DNA of 64,000 bases from a virus. Taxonomy: Duplodnaviria; Caudoviricetes. How positions within the stretch are numbered: the stretch's first letter is position 1; each line of letters starts with the position of its first letter. Below the pieces are notes generated by a model. The model had not been told where the DNA came from and made no database searches. It saw nothing but the letters and a program-made list of their open reading frames with translations. Both the position numbers and the translations under genes were made by a program. The DNA lies in the IMG/VR virus record IMGVR_UViG_2974655483_000001, positions 110,671 to 174,670 of that record, one strand, 5' to 3'. Positions 55,579-64,000 of the stretch are shown here, one piece after another.

Positions 55579-56507
55579 TGGACTACAAAACTTCTGGAGT
55601 TGACATTATTAAGGGTCGTTCCTTTGTAGAGTATCTAAAGGTACTAGCACCTAACATTGGTGGGTTCAGTGGAATGATGGAAGTCCCATCAGGATATGAG
55701 AAACCTGTATTAATATCTGGTGCTGATGGTGTCGGAACTAAAATTAACATTTGTAGGATTGCATTTGATTACTCCACTATTGGTCAGGATCTCGTTGCTA
55801 TGTGCGTCAATGACGTTATATGTTCTGGTGCTAAACCATTATATTTTTTAGATTATATCTCTACCAAATCACTTGATGCTAACGTCAGTGACATTGTGTA
55901 TGGAATTAACGTTGGTTGCACAATGGCAGGGATGGAACTTATAGGTGGTGAAACTGCTGAACATTACAGAGCAAATGATTATGACCTTGCTGGTTTCTGT
56001 ACTGGTATTGTAGAGAAGAATGAGATTGTTAATGGTAGTAACATCAGACCTGGTGATGTAGTCATTGGTATTGAGAGTAGTGGACTTCATAGTAATGGAT
56101 ACACACTCATCAATGATATGTTGTGGAGACATAAAATTTTCTACAAGGATATGCCTGAGTTGCTGAGACCTACCACCATCTATGCCCGTCTAATCCAGTA
56201 TCTGTTGGATGAGATTCCTATCTTAGGCATGGCACACATCACAGGTGGAGGACTGCCTGAGAACCTCCCACGATGCCTTCCAATGGGTCTTACAGTTGAT
56301 GTTGACTATGATGCTTGGGAGAGACCAGAACTCTTTAACAAGATCCAGGAGGCAGGAGACATTGCTGAGAATGAGATGCGAAATGTATTTAATCTTGGTA
56401 TCGGATTCTGTTTGGTAGTGCCGCAAGAAGTGGTAACACTAACTCAGAACTTGATTGCTGATACACCATTTGGTATGCGATCATGGGTTATTGGAAAGGT
56501 TCAGTAA
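55578..56507 (+). CDS. purM: AIR synthetase
   Basis: DGVGTK, DLVAMCVND, GGETAE, SSGLHSNGY, AHITGGG, FNLGIG. Confidence 0.96.
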   Translation: MDYKTSGVDIIKGRSFVEYLKVLAPNIGGFSGMMEVPSGYEKPVLISGADGVGTKINICRIAFDYSTIGQDLVAMCVNDVICSGAKPLYFLDYISTKSLDANVSDIVYGINVGCTMAGMELIGGETAEHYRANDYDLAGFCTGIVEKNEIVNGSNIRPGDVVIGIESSGLHSNGYTLINDMLWRHKIFYKDMPELLRPTTIYARLIQYLLDEIPILGMAHITGGGLPENLPRCLPMGLTVDVDYDAWERPELFNKIQEAGDIAENEMRNVFNLGIGFCLVVPQEVVTLTQNLIADTPFGMRSWVIGKVQ

Positions 56508-56519
56508 TCAAAATAAATA

Positions 56520-56543
56520 GAGGAGTTAAGACTCCTCTTTTTT
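56520..56543 (+). terminator. Terminator after purM
   Basis: GAGGAGT-TAAG-ACTCCTC + T6. Confidence 0.75.
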
Positions 56544-56544
56544 A

Positions 56545-58755
56545 ATGGCGTATTATTATCCTGAAGGATATTTTGGACCTATTTGTGATGCTCCAGCAAC
56601 TGCTGAGGATATTGCATTTAGAAGACGCCCTTCGCCTGTTGAACGAGAAGATAAGGATGAAAGAGTTTTCGTTTATCCTCAGGATGGAATAATTGGAGAA
56701 CCCTGGTGGACGGAACTGGATAAAACCTTAGGGTTTATTCCTACGGCAATAAAATCTATTAAGTGTAAGCAAACACCAGATGGTAGTTTCTACGACTGCA
56801 TTTATCAGTATATAAACGATGAATTTATTCTTAAGCAACCTATAACCCCTAATGAACTTATTGGTCTCAAGGATAACTTTACATTCCCTGACTTTACTCC
56901 ACAAACTTGCTCTCCATTTGATCCTGATATTAATATTAAACCTAGAACATTCTTCCTTGCAGATGGAACGCCAGTAGTAAAGAATACAAAAGCACGTTCT
57001 TCACCAGTTACTTTTGATGTTAATGCTTCGTCTAGGTATGTTGTTCTAGATTCAGGATTGAGTGTTGAGTGGAACAGTACAGGAACAGCATTGGTAGCTA
57101 CTGGTAGTGGTAGTTCTAATGTAGTGCTCAGATTAAAATGGGACGACAATCCAAGCACAGGAGGAACTGCTGTAGATACTATTACAATTGTTGATTCTGA
57201 TAGTACTAGTGTTACCTGGACTCAATCTGGGGAAAAGGGACAAGAAGATAATATAGTTGCATTAACAGCAGGAACTTATAACTTAGCCTATACTGGTTTG
57301 AATTCTGCAAATAACCCAATTAATGTTGATGGAGATACCCTAAAGTTAAAGGACGGTGAAAGTGATGATACGAATGCATCTTTCAAGATTCAGGAAAACT
57401 CAAATCAAGAGTTTGGATATAACCAGCATCAGTGGAATGAAGATGGAAGAAACTATGGTGTTTGGGTAAACCCTGAGGTCTGCACATTACCCGACATTAC
57501 ACAAGAGGTAACCTATACAATTGACATTGAACAGACTGGTGTTTATGGATTTAGTTTTGGTTCTGACAATAGGGGAACCCTTGTATTAGATGGAACGGAC
57601 ACTCTATTCAATGACGTTGGAGCAGGAATTTTTGATTCTAGTTGGGCAACTGTTAGTCAAAGCACACCCCATACAACGACTAGAACCTTACAGAGGGGGA
57701 AGATTCTATTAACAGTTGCATGTACTAATGTGGCAAATGAGGTTGATGGTGATGGTTTGCCAACTGGCAGATCCTATAAGTGGAAGGATAATCCTGGAGG
57801 ATGGTTTATCAAAATTTGTAAAGGTGGTGCATGTACATCAAGTAATAGTATTAGTGGTTGGTTTCCCTCAGGACCAGACACCCGCTGGAGTGATTTTATG
57901 AATACCTATGCAGTATTCCCCTCCGTTACAGACACTTTGTCTGGTATACCTCAAAGTGCAACCTGGAATATCAGTGTTCCTGCTACAGATGACTATGTGT
58001 TAAAATTATCAGCAGACAATAGTGCTACTATTACTCTAGATGGAAGTAATGTATTGACTCACTCTGGTTTTACAACCGATTCAACTACTACATTAACTGG
58101 TCTTACTGTTGGTGCTCATACAATCGGAGCAACAGTCACTAATGGTGCATCAGCCAGCGGAGTAATTGATAATTGGGCGAACAATCCTGCTGGTGTTGCA
58201 TGGACTATTACTAGACCTGCATCATCAACTACGGCAGCAGTTACGACTACAACCAATATCCCTAATGATATTGATGCAGAGTTTAATAGTGATGGAGATA
58301 TTGTAGTCACAGGGAATGGTAGTGGACAAATACAATTAATCTTTGAGTGGGATGATAATCCAAATACCAATGGCACTGCATTGGGACAGTTAAATATTGC
58401 AGGTAAAAATTTCACTCAAACTACGGGCAAGGAGAGAGGTTCAGATTCCTATAAGTTTACAGCAACGGCAGGTCAGACTTACTCGATAACGATCTCTGAT
58501 AATCCAAATGGATTTAGACTGCGAAACAATAATAGTCAATTATGTTTTATGGATAGGGATGATGACGACTGTAATGCTAAACTAATAATATCCTCAGTTA
58601 AATCTACAGGAGAAGTATCTTCAACAACATCTGAGAATGTTACTACCGTAGTTGATGAAAGTGTTATTGCTTCTTCTCTGGATTTATCTACTGCAGTTGA
58701 CAGTTCAAACTTAATATGGCATACTAGGTTGGCGTCTGGATACGAATACTACTAA
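56545..58755 (+). CDS. Large beta-rich, probably structural protein with PA14-like repeats
   Basis: Two WDDNP modules and two (S/A)DN..T..LDG modules; Thr/Ser/Gly-rich. Confidence 0.7.
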   Translation: MAYYYPEGYFGPICDAPATAEDIAFRRRPSPVEREDKDERVFVYPQDGIIGEPWWTELDKTLGFIPTAIKSIKCKQTPDGSFYDCIYQYINDEFILKQPITPNELIGLKDNFTFPDFTPQTCSPFDPDINIKPRTFFLADGTPVVKNTKARSSPVTFDVNASSRYVVLDSGLSVEWNSTGTALVATGSGSSNVVLRLKWDDNPSTGGTAVDTITIVDSDSTSVTWTQSGEKGQEDNIVALTAGTYNLAYTGLNSANNPINVDGDTLKLKDGESDDTNASFKIQENSNQEFGYNQHQWNEDGRNYGVWVNPEVCTLPDITQEVTYTIDIEQTGVYGFSFGSDNRGTLVLDGTDTLFNDVGAGIFDSSWATVSQSTPHTTTRTLQRGKILLTVACTNVANEVDGDGLPTGRSYKWKDNPGGWFIKICKGGACTSSNSISGWFPSGPDTRWSDFMNTYAVFPSVTDTLSGIPQSATWNISVPATDDYVLKLSADNSATITLDGSNVLTHSGFTTDSTTTLTGLTVGAHTIGATVTNGASASGVIDNWANNPAGVAWTITRPASSTTAAVTTTTNIPNDIDAEFNSDGDIVVTGNGSGQIQLIFEWDDNPNTNGTALGQLNIAGKNFTQTTGKERGSDSYKFTATAGQTYSITISDNPNGFRLRNNNSQLCFMDRDDDDCNAKLIISSVKSTGEVSSTTSENVTTVVDESVIASSLDLSTAVDSSNLIWHTRLASGYEYY

Positions 58756-58991
58756 TGGACCTACCCAAAATTAAAAACGAAAATCTTCCTGACAAACTTA
58801 AAGAAATGTTAGGAAACTCTGACGCAGAATTTGATTCTTTGATGGACCCATTAGATGCTCTCAATATTGGAATGAATCTAGATGAGTACAATATTCAACG
58901 CAAAGAAACTGCTTTGAAGTTGGTTGAAGCACGCAAAAAATTACAAGAACTTCGTAAACTTGAAAGAAAAAATAAAAATGACAGTATTTAA
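58755..58991 (+). CDS. Hypothetical protein
   Basis: TAATG-coupled. Confidence 0.7.
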   Translation: MDLPKIKNENLPDKLKEMLGNSDAEFDSLMDPLDALNIGMNLDEYNIQRKETALKLVEARKKLQELRKLERKNKNDSI

Positions 58992-59068
58992 TCTGTATAA
59001 ATACTCACCGTTACACGAAGTAACAAATACAACAAATTGACGGTGCCTCAACTAATCGCATCTCTTTG

Positions 59069-59097
59069 TTGACAGCACCCCCTTAAGGTGCTATACT
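59069..59097 (+). promoter_or_regulatory. sigma70-type promoter
   Basis: TTGACA-N17-TATACT. Confidence 0.7.
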
Positions 59098-59174
59098 TAT
59101 TCTAACGAAGACAAGTCGAGTCTTCTTTCATCCGTGGGATACTCCACGAGATATACTTAAAGGTAAAATTTCAA

Positions 59175-59546
59175 ATGTTTAAAACTGTATTCGCAGCAAC
59201 TGCTGCTCTGTTCGCTTCTGCTGGTGCTGCATTCGCTGGCCCCTACGTCAACGTGGAAGCTAATTCTGGTTGGACGGGATCGGATTACTCTGGAACCGCA
59301 ACAGACCTTCACGTAGGCTACGAAGGCGCTATTGGTGACTCTGCATCATACTATGTCCAAGGCGGCGCTAGTGTTGTCTCCCCTGACAGCGGCGAGAGCG
59401 ACACCGTTCCTTCTGGTAAGGCAGGTGTTGGCGTCTCCCTCACCGAGGCACTTGGTGCATACGGCGAAGTCTCGTTCGTTGGTAGTGGCGACGAAGATAT
59501 CGATCGCGGTTATGGAACCAAAGTGGGTCTGAAGTACAACTTCTGA
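59175..59546 (+). CDS. Small outer-membrane beta-barrel-like protein
   Basis: Signal peptide ending AAFA, amphipathic strands, terminal KYNF beta-signal. Confidence 0.8.
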   Translation: MFKTVFAATAALFASAGAAFAGPYVNVEANSGWTGSDYSGTATDLHVGYEGAIGDSASYYVQGGASVVSPDSGESDTVPSGKAGVGVSLTEALGAYGEVSFVGSGDEDIDRGYGTKVGLKYNF

Positions 59547-59598
59547 TAAATAATGTGGAGACCTTTCGTGCGGTCTCTACAAAAGTCGGAACACCCAT

Positions 59599-59622
59599 GG
59601 GACTCTTAGGAGTCCCTTTTTT
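59599..59622 (+). terminator. Intrinsic terminator
   Basis: GGGACTC-TTAG-GAGTCCC + T6. Confidence 0.85.
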
Positions 59623-59636
59623 ATTCTAGAGGTATT

Positions 59637-59873
59637 ATGAATTTTCAAGTTTATACGAGAACTGGTTGCCCATACTGCACAAAAGTAAAACAAGTTCTTG
59701 AAGGTAAGGGATATTCTTACACTGAAAAGCAGTTGAATCGAGATTTCACACGTGAAGATTTCTACAAGCAGTTTGGTGTTGGTAGTACTTTTCCACAGGT
59801 AGTTAAAGATACTGTCAATCTAGGAGGATGTACAGAAACTGTGCGTTATATGAGAGAAAACAATATGCTATAG
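59637..59873 (+). CDS. nrdC: Glutaredoxin
   Basis: CPYC, TFPQV, LGG. Confidence 0.92.
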   Translation: MNFQVYTRTGCPYCTKVKQVLEGKGYSYTEKQLNRDFTREDFYKQFGVGSTFPQVVKDTVNLGGCTETVRYMRENNML

Positions 59874-59953
59874 TGTCTAAATATTTTTGAAGTTAACACA
59901 AAGGAGGAGTTGGTTCCATATTATTACACAAGACTTAAAAGGGAGAGGGAACC

Positions 59954-60190
59954 ATGTTAGTTGCGCTAGTAGTATTAGTAATCCTTGGAGCATTTATCTT
60001 AGGAATTACAGTTTCTTGGTTAGCAAAGGGGTATGTAGAGGACTTCATCGAAAATGCAGCATATGCAAAATCAGTAACACATCCAGAAATGTTTGATGCT
60101 GATGGTAATATGATTCAAGATGACCTCATCTATGTCAGACCAGACATTCAATACTGGACTGAACTAGAAAATGATGAAGATGATGAATGA
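59954..60190 (+). CDS. Membrane-anchored hypothetical protein
   Basis: N-terminal TM, HPEMFDADG. Confidence 0.75.
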   Translation: MLVALVVLVILGAFILGITVSWLAKGYVEDFIENAAYAKSVTHPEMFDADGNMIQDDLIYVRPDIQYWTELENDEDDE

Positions 60191-60205
60191 ATTTAGGAGT
60201 TAATT

Positions 60206-60673
60206 ATGGCTACACGATCGATTGATAACAGCAACTCTAGGTTGCTTCTTAGTGAGGTCTTGCGAAAGGTCTCTAATGCAAAAACAAAAGGCGAAAAAGT
60301 GAATCTCCTTCGCAAACATAACAGCATTGCACTTCGTCAATTGTTGATTATCAACTTTGACGATAGTCTTACTTGTTTGTTGCCTGAAGGAGACGTTCCA
60401 TACACACCAAATGACGCACCAGTTGGTACAGATCACTCTCGCTTAGAGCAAGAGTATCGTGGTCTATACCGTTTCTTTAAAGGGGGTGCAGATAATCTCA
60501 CTTCAATGAAGAGAGAAACAATGTTTGTTCAGTTGTTAGAAGGTCTTTCCGAGGAAGAAGCAGAGTTGCTTGTTCTCGCAAAGGACGGTCGTATGAATGA
60601 CAAATACAAACGCATTACCAAATCAGTAATTCAGGAGGCGTTTCCTACTATTATCTGGGGTGAAAGAGGTTGA
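60206..60673 (+). CDS. Conserved T4-like hypothetical protein
   Basis: LLPEGDVPY, KRETMFVQLLEGL..EEAELL..AKD. Confidence 0.85.
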   Translation: MATRSIDNSNSRLLLSEVLRKVSNAKTKGEKVNLLRKHNSIALRQLLIINFDDSLTCLLPEGDVPYTPNDAPVGTDHSRLEQEYRGLYRFFKGGADNLTSMKRETMFVQLLEGLSEEEAELLVLAKDGRMNDKYKRITKSVIQEAFPTIIWGERG

Positions 60674-60924
60674 ACGTTATCCATAAGGAATGCGACCCAT
60701 CTCTCGGAGAGGATCGGTCACTTCCATACACCTCATTCTTAATTGAGTATTGTCAAGACGGTATCACTAAGTTTGATATTGTTGCTTCTAGTAAAGCATC
60801 AGAAATTTTTGATTACTATTGGGACTTATATAAAAAAGACCTAATTAATATGAAAGCAACCGAAGGTAGAGTTAATCCTAGAACATGGCAAGATCCAAAT
60901 CAAAAGAAAAAGAAAAGCAAATGA
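60670..60924 (+). CDS. Hypothetical protein
   Basis: TTGA-coupled; IFDYYWD, EGRVNP. Confidence 0.7.
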   Translation: MNVIHKECDPSLGEDRSLPYTSFLIEYCQDGITKFDIVASSKASEIFDYYWDLYKKDLINMKATEGRVNPRTWQDPNQKKKKSK

Positions 60925-61175
60925 CGATCTACTTTGATAAACGTGCATTTGAACAGAAGGAAGAAGAGAACCAAGAAGAACTAGAAATTCTAAAGAAACG
61001 AGAAGAGGGAGCAGCGGCTATCGTTGCAACAGTTCTTTTCTTTACCAAACCCCTAGTTTTTATGCTACTATGGAACTGGTTGATGCCAGGTATCTTTGGA
61101 CTTGCCACTATCGGTTATCTAAAGTCATTTGGTTTGTACTTGATCGCCCGTATTATTATCGATAAGAATGACTAA
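60921..61175 (+). CDS. Membrane protein
   Basis: MLLWNWLMPGIFGLATIGY hydrophobic pattern. Confidence 0.7.
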   Translation: MTIYFDKRAFEQKEEENQEELEILKKREEGAAAIVATVLFFTKPLVFMLLWNWLMPGIFGLATIGYLKSFGLYLIARIIIDKND

Positions 61176-61878
61176 AGTATGTTTGATCTCTGTTACTCCT
61201 GAGGCAGAGAAAACAATTGGATACATTGCTCGTGTAAGTAATCCAGCAAATCAGGAGAACCCTAAAATTTCTGGACTGTTAAAGTATTGTATTAAGCATG
61301 GACATTGGTCTGTGTTTGAGCAAGCATCTATGACACTAGAGATTAACACCACTAGAGCAATCGCAGCTCAGGTGCTTCGTCACAGGTCGTTTACATTCCA
61401 AGAATTTTCACAACGCTATGCTGATTCTTCCCTACTCTCGGAGAAGATCCCTCTACCTGAACTACGCAGACAAGACACCAAGAATCGTCAGAATTCTATT
61501 GATGATATTGATGCGTTTACCAGACAGAAGTTTGAAATCTTGATGCAGCATCACTTCAAAGAAGCGATGAATTTGTATCAAGAGATGCTGGATAATAATA
61601 TTGCAAAGGAATGTGCAAGAAATGTGCTACCATTATGCGTAGGCACAAAAATGTACATGACGGGCAATCTCAGAAATTGGATCCATTACATCCAACTGCG
61701 TTCCTCCAATGGCACCCAGAAGGAGCACATGGACATTGCAAACCTTGCCAAGCAGCATTTCATCTGTCAGTTCCCAGTCATCTCTGAGGCGCTTGGGTGG
61801 TGCTCTGAGGGTGATTGCGGATGCCCCGAGCAACTAGATGAATGTAACTGCATTCAACCTTCTCTGAGGATTGACTGA
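61168..61878 (+). CDS. thyX: FAD-dependent thymidylate synthase
   Basis: HWSVFEQ, RHRSFTFQEFSQRY, KECAR, NLRNWIHY, TQKEH. Confidence 0.97.
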   Translation: MTKVCLISVTPEAEKTIGYIARVSNPANQENPKISGLLKYCIKHGHWSVFEQASMTLEINTTRAIAAQVLRHRSFTFQEFSQRYADSSLLSEKIPLPELRRQDTKNRQNSIDDIDAFTRQKFEILMQHHFKEAMNLYQEMLDNNIAKECARNVLPLCVGTKMYMTGNLRNWIHYIQLRSSNGTQKEHMDIANLAKQHFICQFPVISEALGWCSEGDCGCPEQLDECNCIQPSLRID

Positions 61879-62057
61879 TGTATGAAGAACTAAATTGTTT
61901 TGAAGAAGCACTTAAGCACTTCGGAACAAGAGTTGAGATCATCACTGCTATGGAAGTAGCACGAAAGATATCACCTGAAGATGCCTATCAGATGATTAAA
62001 GATGAACTCAAAGAAGTTAAATTATGTCGTAAACAATTCAAAAAAGAGGAGTGTTAG
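61878..62057 (+). CDS. 59-aa hypothetical protein
   Basis: TGATG-coupled; FEEALKHFGTRVEII.AME..KISPEDAYQMIK. Confidence 0.7.
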   Translation: MYEELNCFEEALKHFGTRVEIITAMEVARKISPEDAYQMIKDELKEVKLCRKQFKKEEC

Positions 62058-62059
62058 TA

Positions 62060-62290
62060 ATGCCTTTATATAATGTAATAAATAAGGTCACTGGTGAGAA
62101 GCAGGAGTTCTCCAAAACCGTTGCCGATTATGAACAATGGCGTGCAGATAATCCCGATTGGGATAAAGATTGGCACGCTGGTGTTGCAGGTACGACTTAC
62201 GGTAACCCTAAACAATCCGATGGATTCAAGGAAGTAATGTCTAAAGTCCAAGCAGCACACCCTCGATCAAACCTCAGTAGATTTACTTGA
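62060..62290 (+). CDS. Conserved hypothetical protein upstream of phoH
   Basis: MPLY...TGE, DGFKEVMSKV...HP. Confidence 0.75.
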   Translation: MPLYNVINKVTGEKQEFSKTVADYEQWRADNPDWDKDWHAGVAGTTYGNPKQSDGFKEVMSKVQAAHPRSNLSRFT

Positions 62291-62291
62291 T

Positions 62292-63053
62292 ATGGCAAGA
62301 GCAAGAAAGAGAAACACTACTAGCAATCCTGTTACTTCTAACATGAGTGCAAAGCAGATTAAAAGAAAGAAACCTCTTGATAAGAGTTACATGGTTCCTA
62401 TTAAACCATTGACTCCTAATCAAGAGACTGTTTTTGAGCAGTATGGATTGGGACAAAACGTATTACTTCATGGTGCTGCAGGTACAGGTAAAACCTTTAT
62501 CGCTCTTTACCTTGCTCTACAAGAAGTACTTGACGAATACAGTCCTTATGATAAGATATACATTGTAAGGTCTCTTGTACCTACAAGAGAGATTGGTTTC
62601 CTTCCTGGAGACCATGAAGATAAGTCAGCACTGTATCAGATTCCATACAAAAATATGGTAAGGTATATGTTTAGTATGCCTGATGACAATTCATTTGATA
62701 TGCTTTATGACAACCTCCGAGCGCAAGAGACTATTTCATTTTGGTCTACTTCTTTTATCCGTGGAGTTACTCTTGACAATGCCATTGTTATTGTCGATGA
62801 GTTCTCGAATCTTAACTTTCATGAATTAGACTCTATGATTACTCGCATTGGTGAGGACTCTAAGATTATGTTCTGTGGTGACATTACACAATCGGACTTA
62901 GTTAAGAGTAATGAAAAGAATGGAATATCTGATTTCATTCAAATCCTTCAGCAGATGCGTGAGTTTACTTGCGTTGAATTTGGTATCGATGATATCGTTC
63001 GCTCGGGTTTGGTTAAATCGTACCTTGTCACTAAACACAATCTAGGTTTTTAA
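62292..63053 (+). CDS. phoH: PhoH-like ATPase
   Basis: GAAGTGKT, REIGFLPG, FIRGVTLD, VDE, GDITQSDL, DIVRSGLV. Confidence 0.96.
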   Translation: MARARKRNTTSNPVTSNMSAKQIKRKKPLDKSYMVPIKPLTPNQETVFEQYGLGQNVLLHGAAGTGKTFIALYLALQEVLDEYSPYDKIYIVRSLVPTREIGFLPGDHEDKSALYQIPYKNMVRYMFSMPDDNSFDMLYDNLRAQETISFWSTSFIRGVTLDNAIVIVDEFSNLNFHELDSMITRIGEDSKIMFCGDITQSDLVKSNEKNGISDFIQILQQMREFTCVEFGIDDIVRSGLVKSYLVTKHNLGF

Positions 63054-63736
63054 TGTTTAATTTTATTGATGTTGATCTTAACGAACACGTTGAGGTCGAA
63101 GCTGTGAATGATAATGGAGTTAGATATTATCCCATCCCTGGTGCAGATAAATACTATCCGAGTGTTACTTCAATCACATCGTATAAGAGCGCAGACTTTT
63201 TTAAAAAATGGCGCAAGAAAATTGGTGAAACTGAAGCGAATCGTATTACCGCTAGAGCAACACAGAGAGGCACTGCCTTTCATAGCATCACTGAAGATTA
63301 TATCAAAGGTGAACTGAATTTGGAACAATACATGACAAATAACCCATTGTCTGTTAGAATGTTTCAGTCAGCAAAGTCTACGCTAGATCGTATCGACAAT
63401 ATCCATTGTCTAGAGACATTTTTGTATTCGCATTACTTAGGTTTAGCGGGTCGGGTAGACTGCATTGCTGAATTCGATGGTGAATTGGCAGTAATCGATT
63501 TTAAAACTTCAACTAAAGAAAAAAAGGAATCCTACATCGAGAACTATTTTGTTCAAGAGACTGCATACGCAGCAATGTTCCTTGAAAGATCTGGTTTAGA
63601 GGTAAAGAAAATTGTCACACTTATCGCCACCGAAGAAGGAACTATTCAAGTGTTTGAGAAGTACAATCTTGATGACTATTTACAATTACTCAAGTCCTAC
63701 ATTGAAGAATTTGTTAGGGGAAGAACTTATGCCTAA
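63053..63736 (+). CDS. PD-(D/E)XK exonuclease
   Basis: YPSVT, RGTAFH, AGRVDC, IDFKTS, YFVQETAY. Confidence 0.9.
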   Translation: MFNFIDVDLNEHVEVEAVNDNGVRYYPIPGADKYYPSVTSITSYKSADFFKKWRKKIGETEANRITARATQRGTAFHSITEDYIKGELNLEQYMTNNPLSVRMFQSAKSTLDRIDNIHCLETFLYSHYLGLAGRVDCIAEFDGELAVIDFKTSTKEKKESYIENYFVQETAYAAMFLERSGLEVKKIVTLIATEEGTIQVFEKYNLDDYLQLLKSYIEEFVRGRTYA

Positions 63737-63980
63737 AGACCAAGGAGACGATAAGTTTCTCACTCCTATCAAATTCTCTCAAGAGATTGAGAGGTTAGTT
63801 AAAATGAGTGATGGTTTGATTTCATACATTGAAGCAGTAGTAACTTACTGCCAAGAGAATGAGATCGAAATAGAAACCGTCCCTAAGTTGATGTCTAAAC
63901 CCCTCAAAGAACGTCTGCGACATGAAGCAGAGCGTTTGAACTATATGAAAAAACGATCTAAAGGAGTATTGCCGCTGTGA
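63729..63980 (+). CDS. g33: Late transcription coactivator gp33
   Basis: FSQEIE, YIEAVV.YC, SKPLKERL..EA..LNY, terminal LPL. Confidence 0.9.
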   Translation: MPKDQGDDKFLTPIKFSQEIERLVKMSDGLISYIEAVVTYCQENEIEIETVPKLMSKPLKERLRHEAERLNYMKKRSKGVLPL

Positions 63981-64000
63981 CTGGATATGAAGTGTATCAA
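63977..64000 (+). CDS. g59: Start of helicase loader gp59 (partial)
   Basis: GTGA-coupled MTGYEVYQ after g33; call rests on synteny. Confidence 0.55.

Noticed and set aside
63053-63736. Cas4/CRISPR association
   Set aside because: No four-Cys Fe-S pattern and no repeat-spacer array seen in the window; usual phoH-exonuclease-g33 context

Overview
A 64-kb segment of a T4-like marine cyanomyovirus genome. A Synechococcus host is likely: D1 keeps the C-terminal PVALTAP insert and psbD is present. Almost everything is on the + strand. The window runs from the end of the prohead protease through head genes (g22, g23), g3, uvsY/uvsW, g55, g47/g46, a vWA + MoxR/CobS-type AAA pair, g45/g44/g62, dam, regA, hsp20, pstS, g43, uvsX, g41, mazG, putative internal head proteins, primase, nrdAB, talC, tRNA-Arg(UCU), two hli genes, psbA, psbD, purC, purM, thyX, phoH, an exonuclease and g33, ending in the start of g59. 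Host-like auxiliary genes are abundant (photosystem II, phosphate, purine, pentose phosphate, five 2OG-Fe(II) oxygenases). The most striking observation is at 46.6-47.0 kb: a double glutamine-riboswitch (glnA-type) architecture upstream of a YRG-motif small protein, in which a complete 54-codon ORF is nested inside an aptamer stem with its RBS, start codon and stop codon in aptamer elements. Other notable items are a seven-gene cluster of membrane/secreted proteins (21.2-25.0 kb), a ROSE-like thermometer on hsp20, a small ORF that terminates in the tRNA anticodon loop, a perfect antisense sigma70 promoter beside g55, and a capsid-targeted nucleotidyltransferase next to a ligase-fold protein. 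All calls come from reading motifs by eye; no database searches or folding programs were run.
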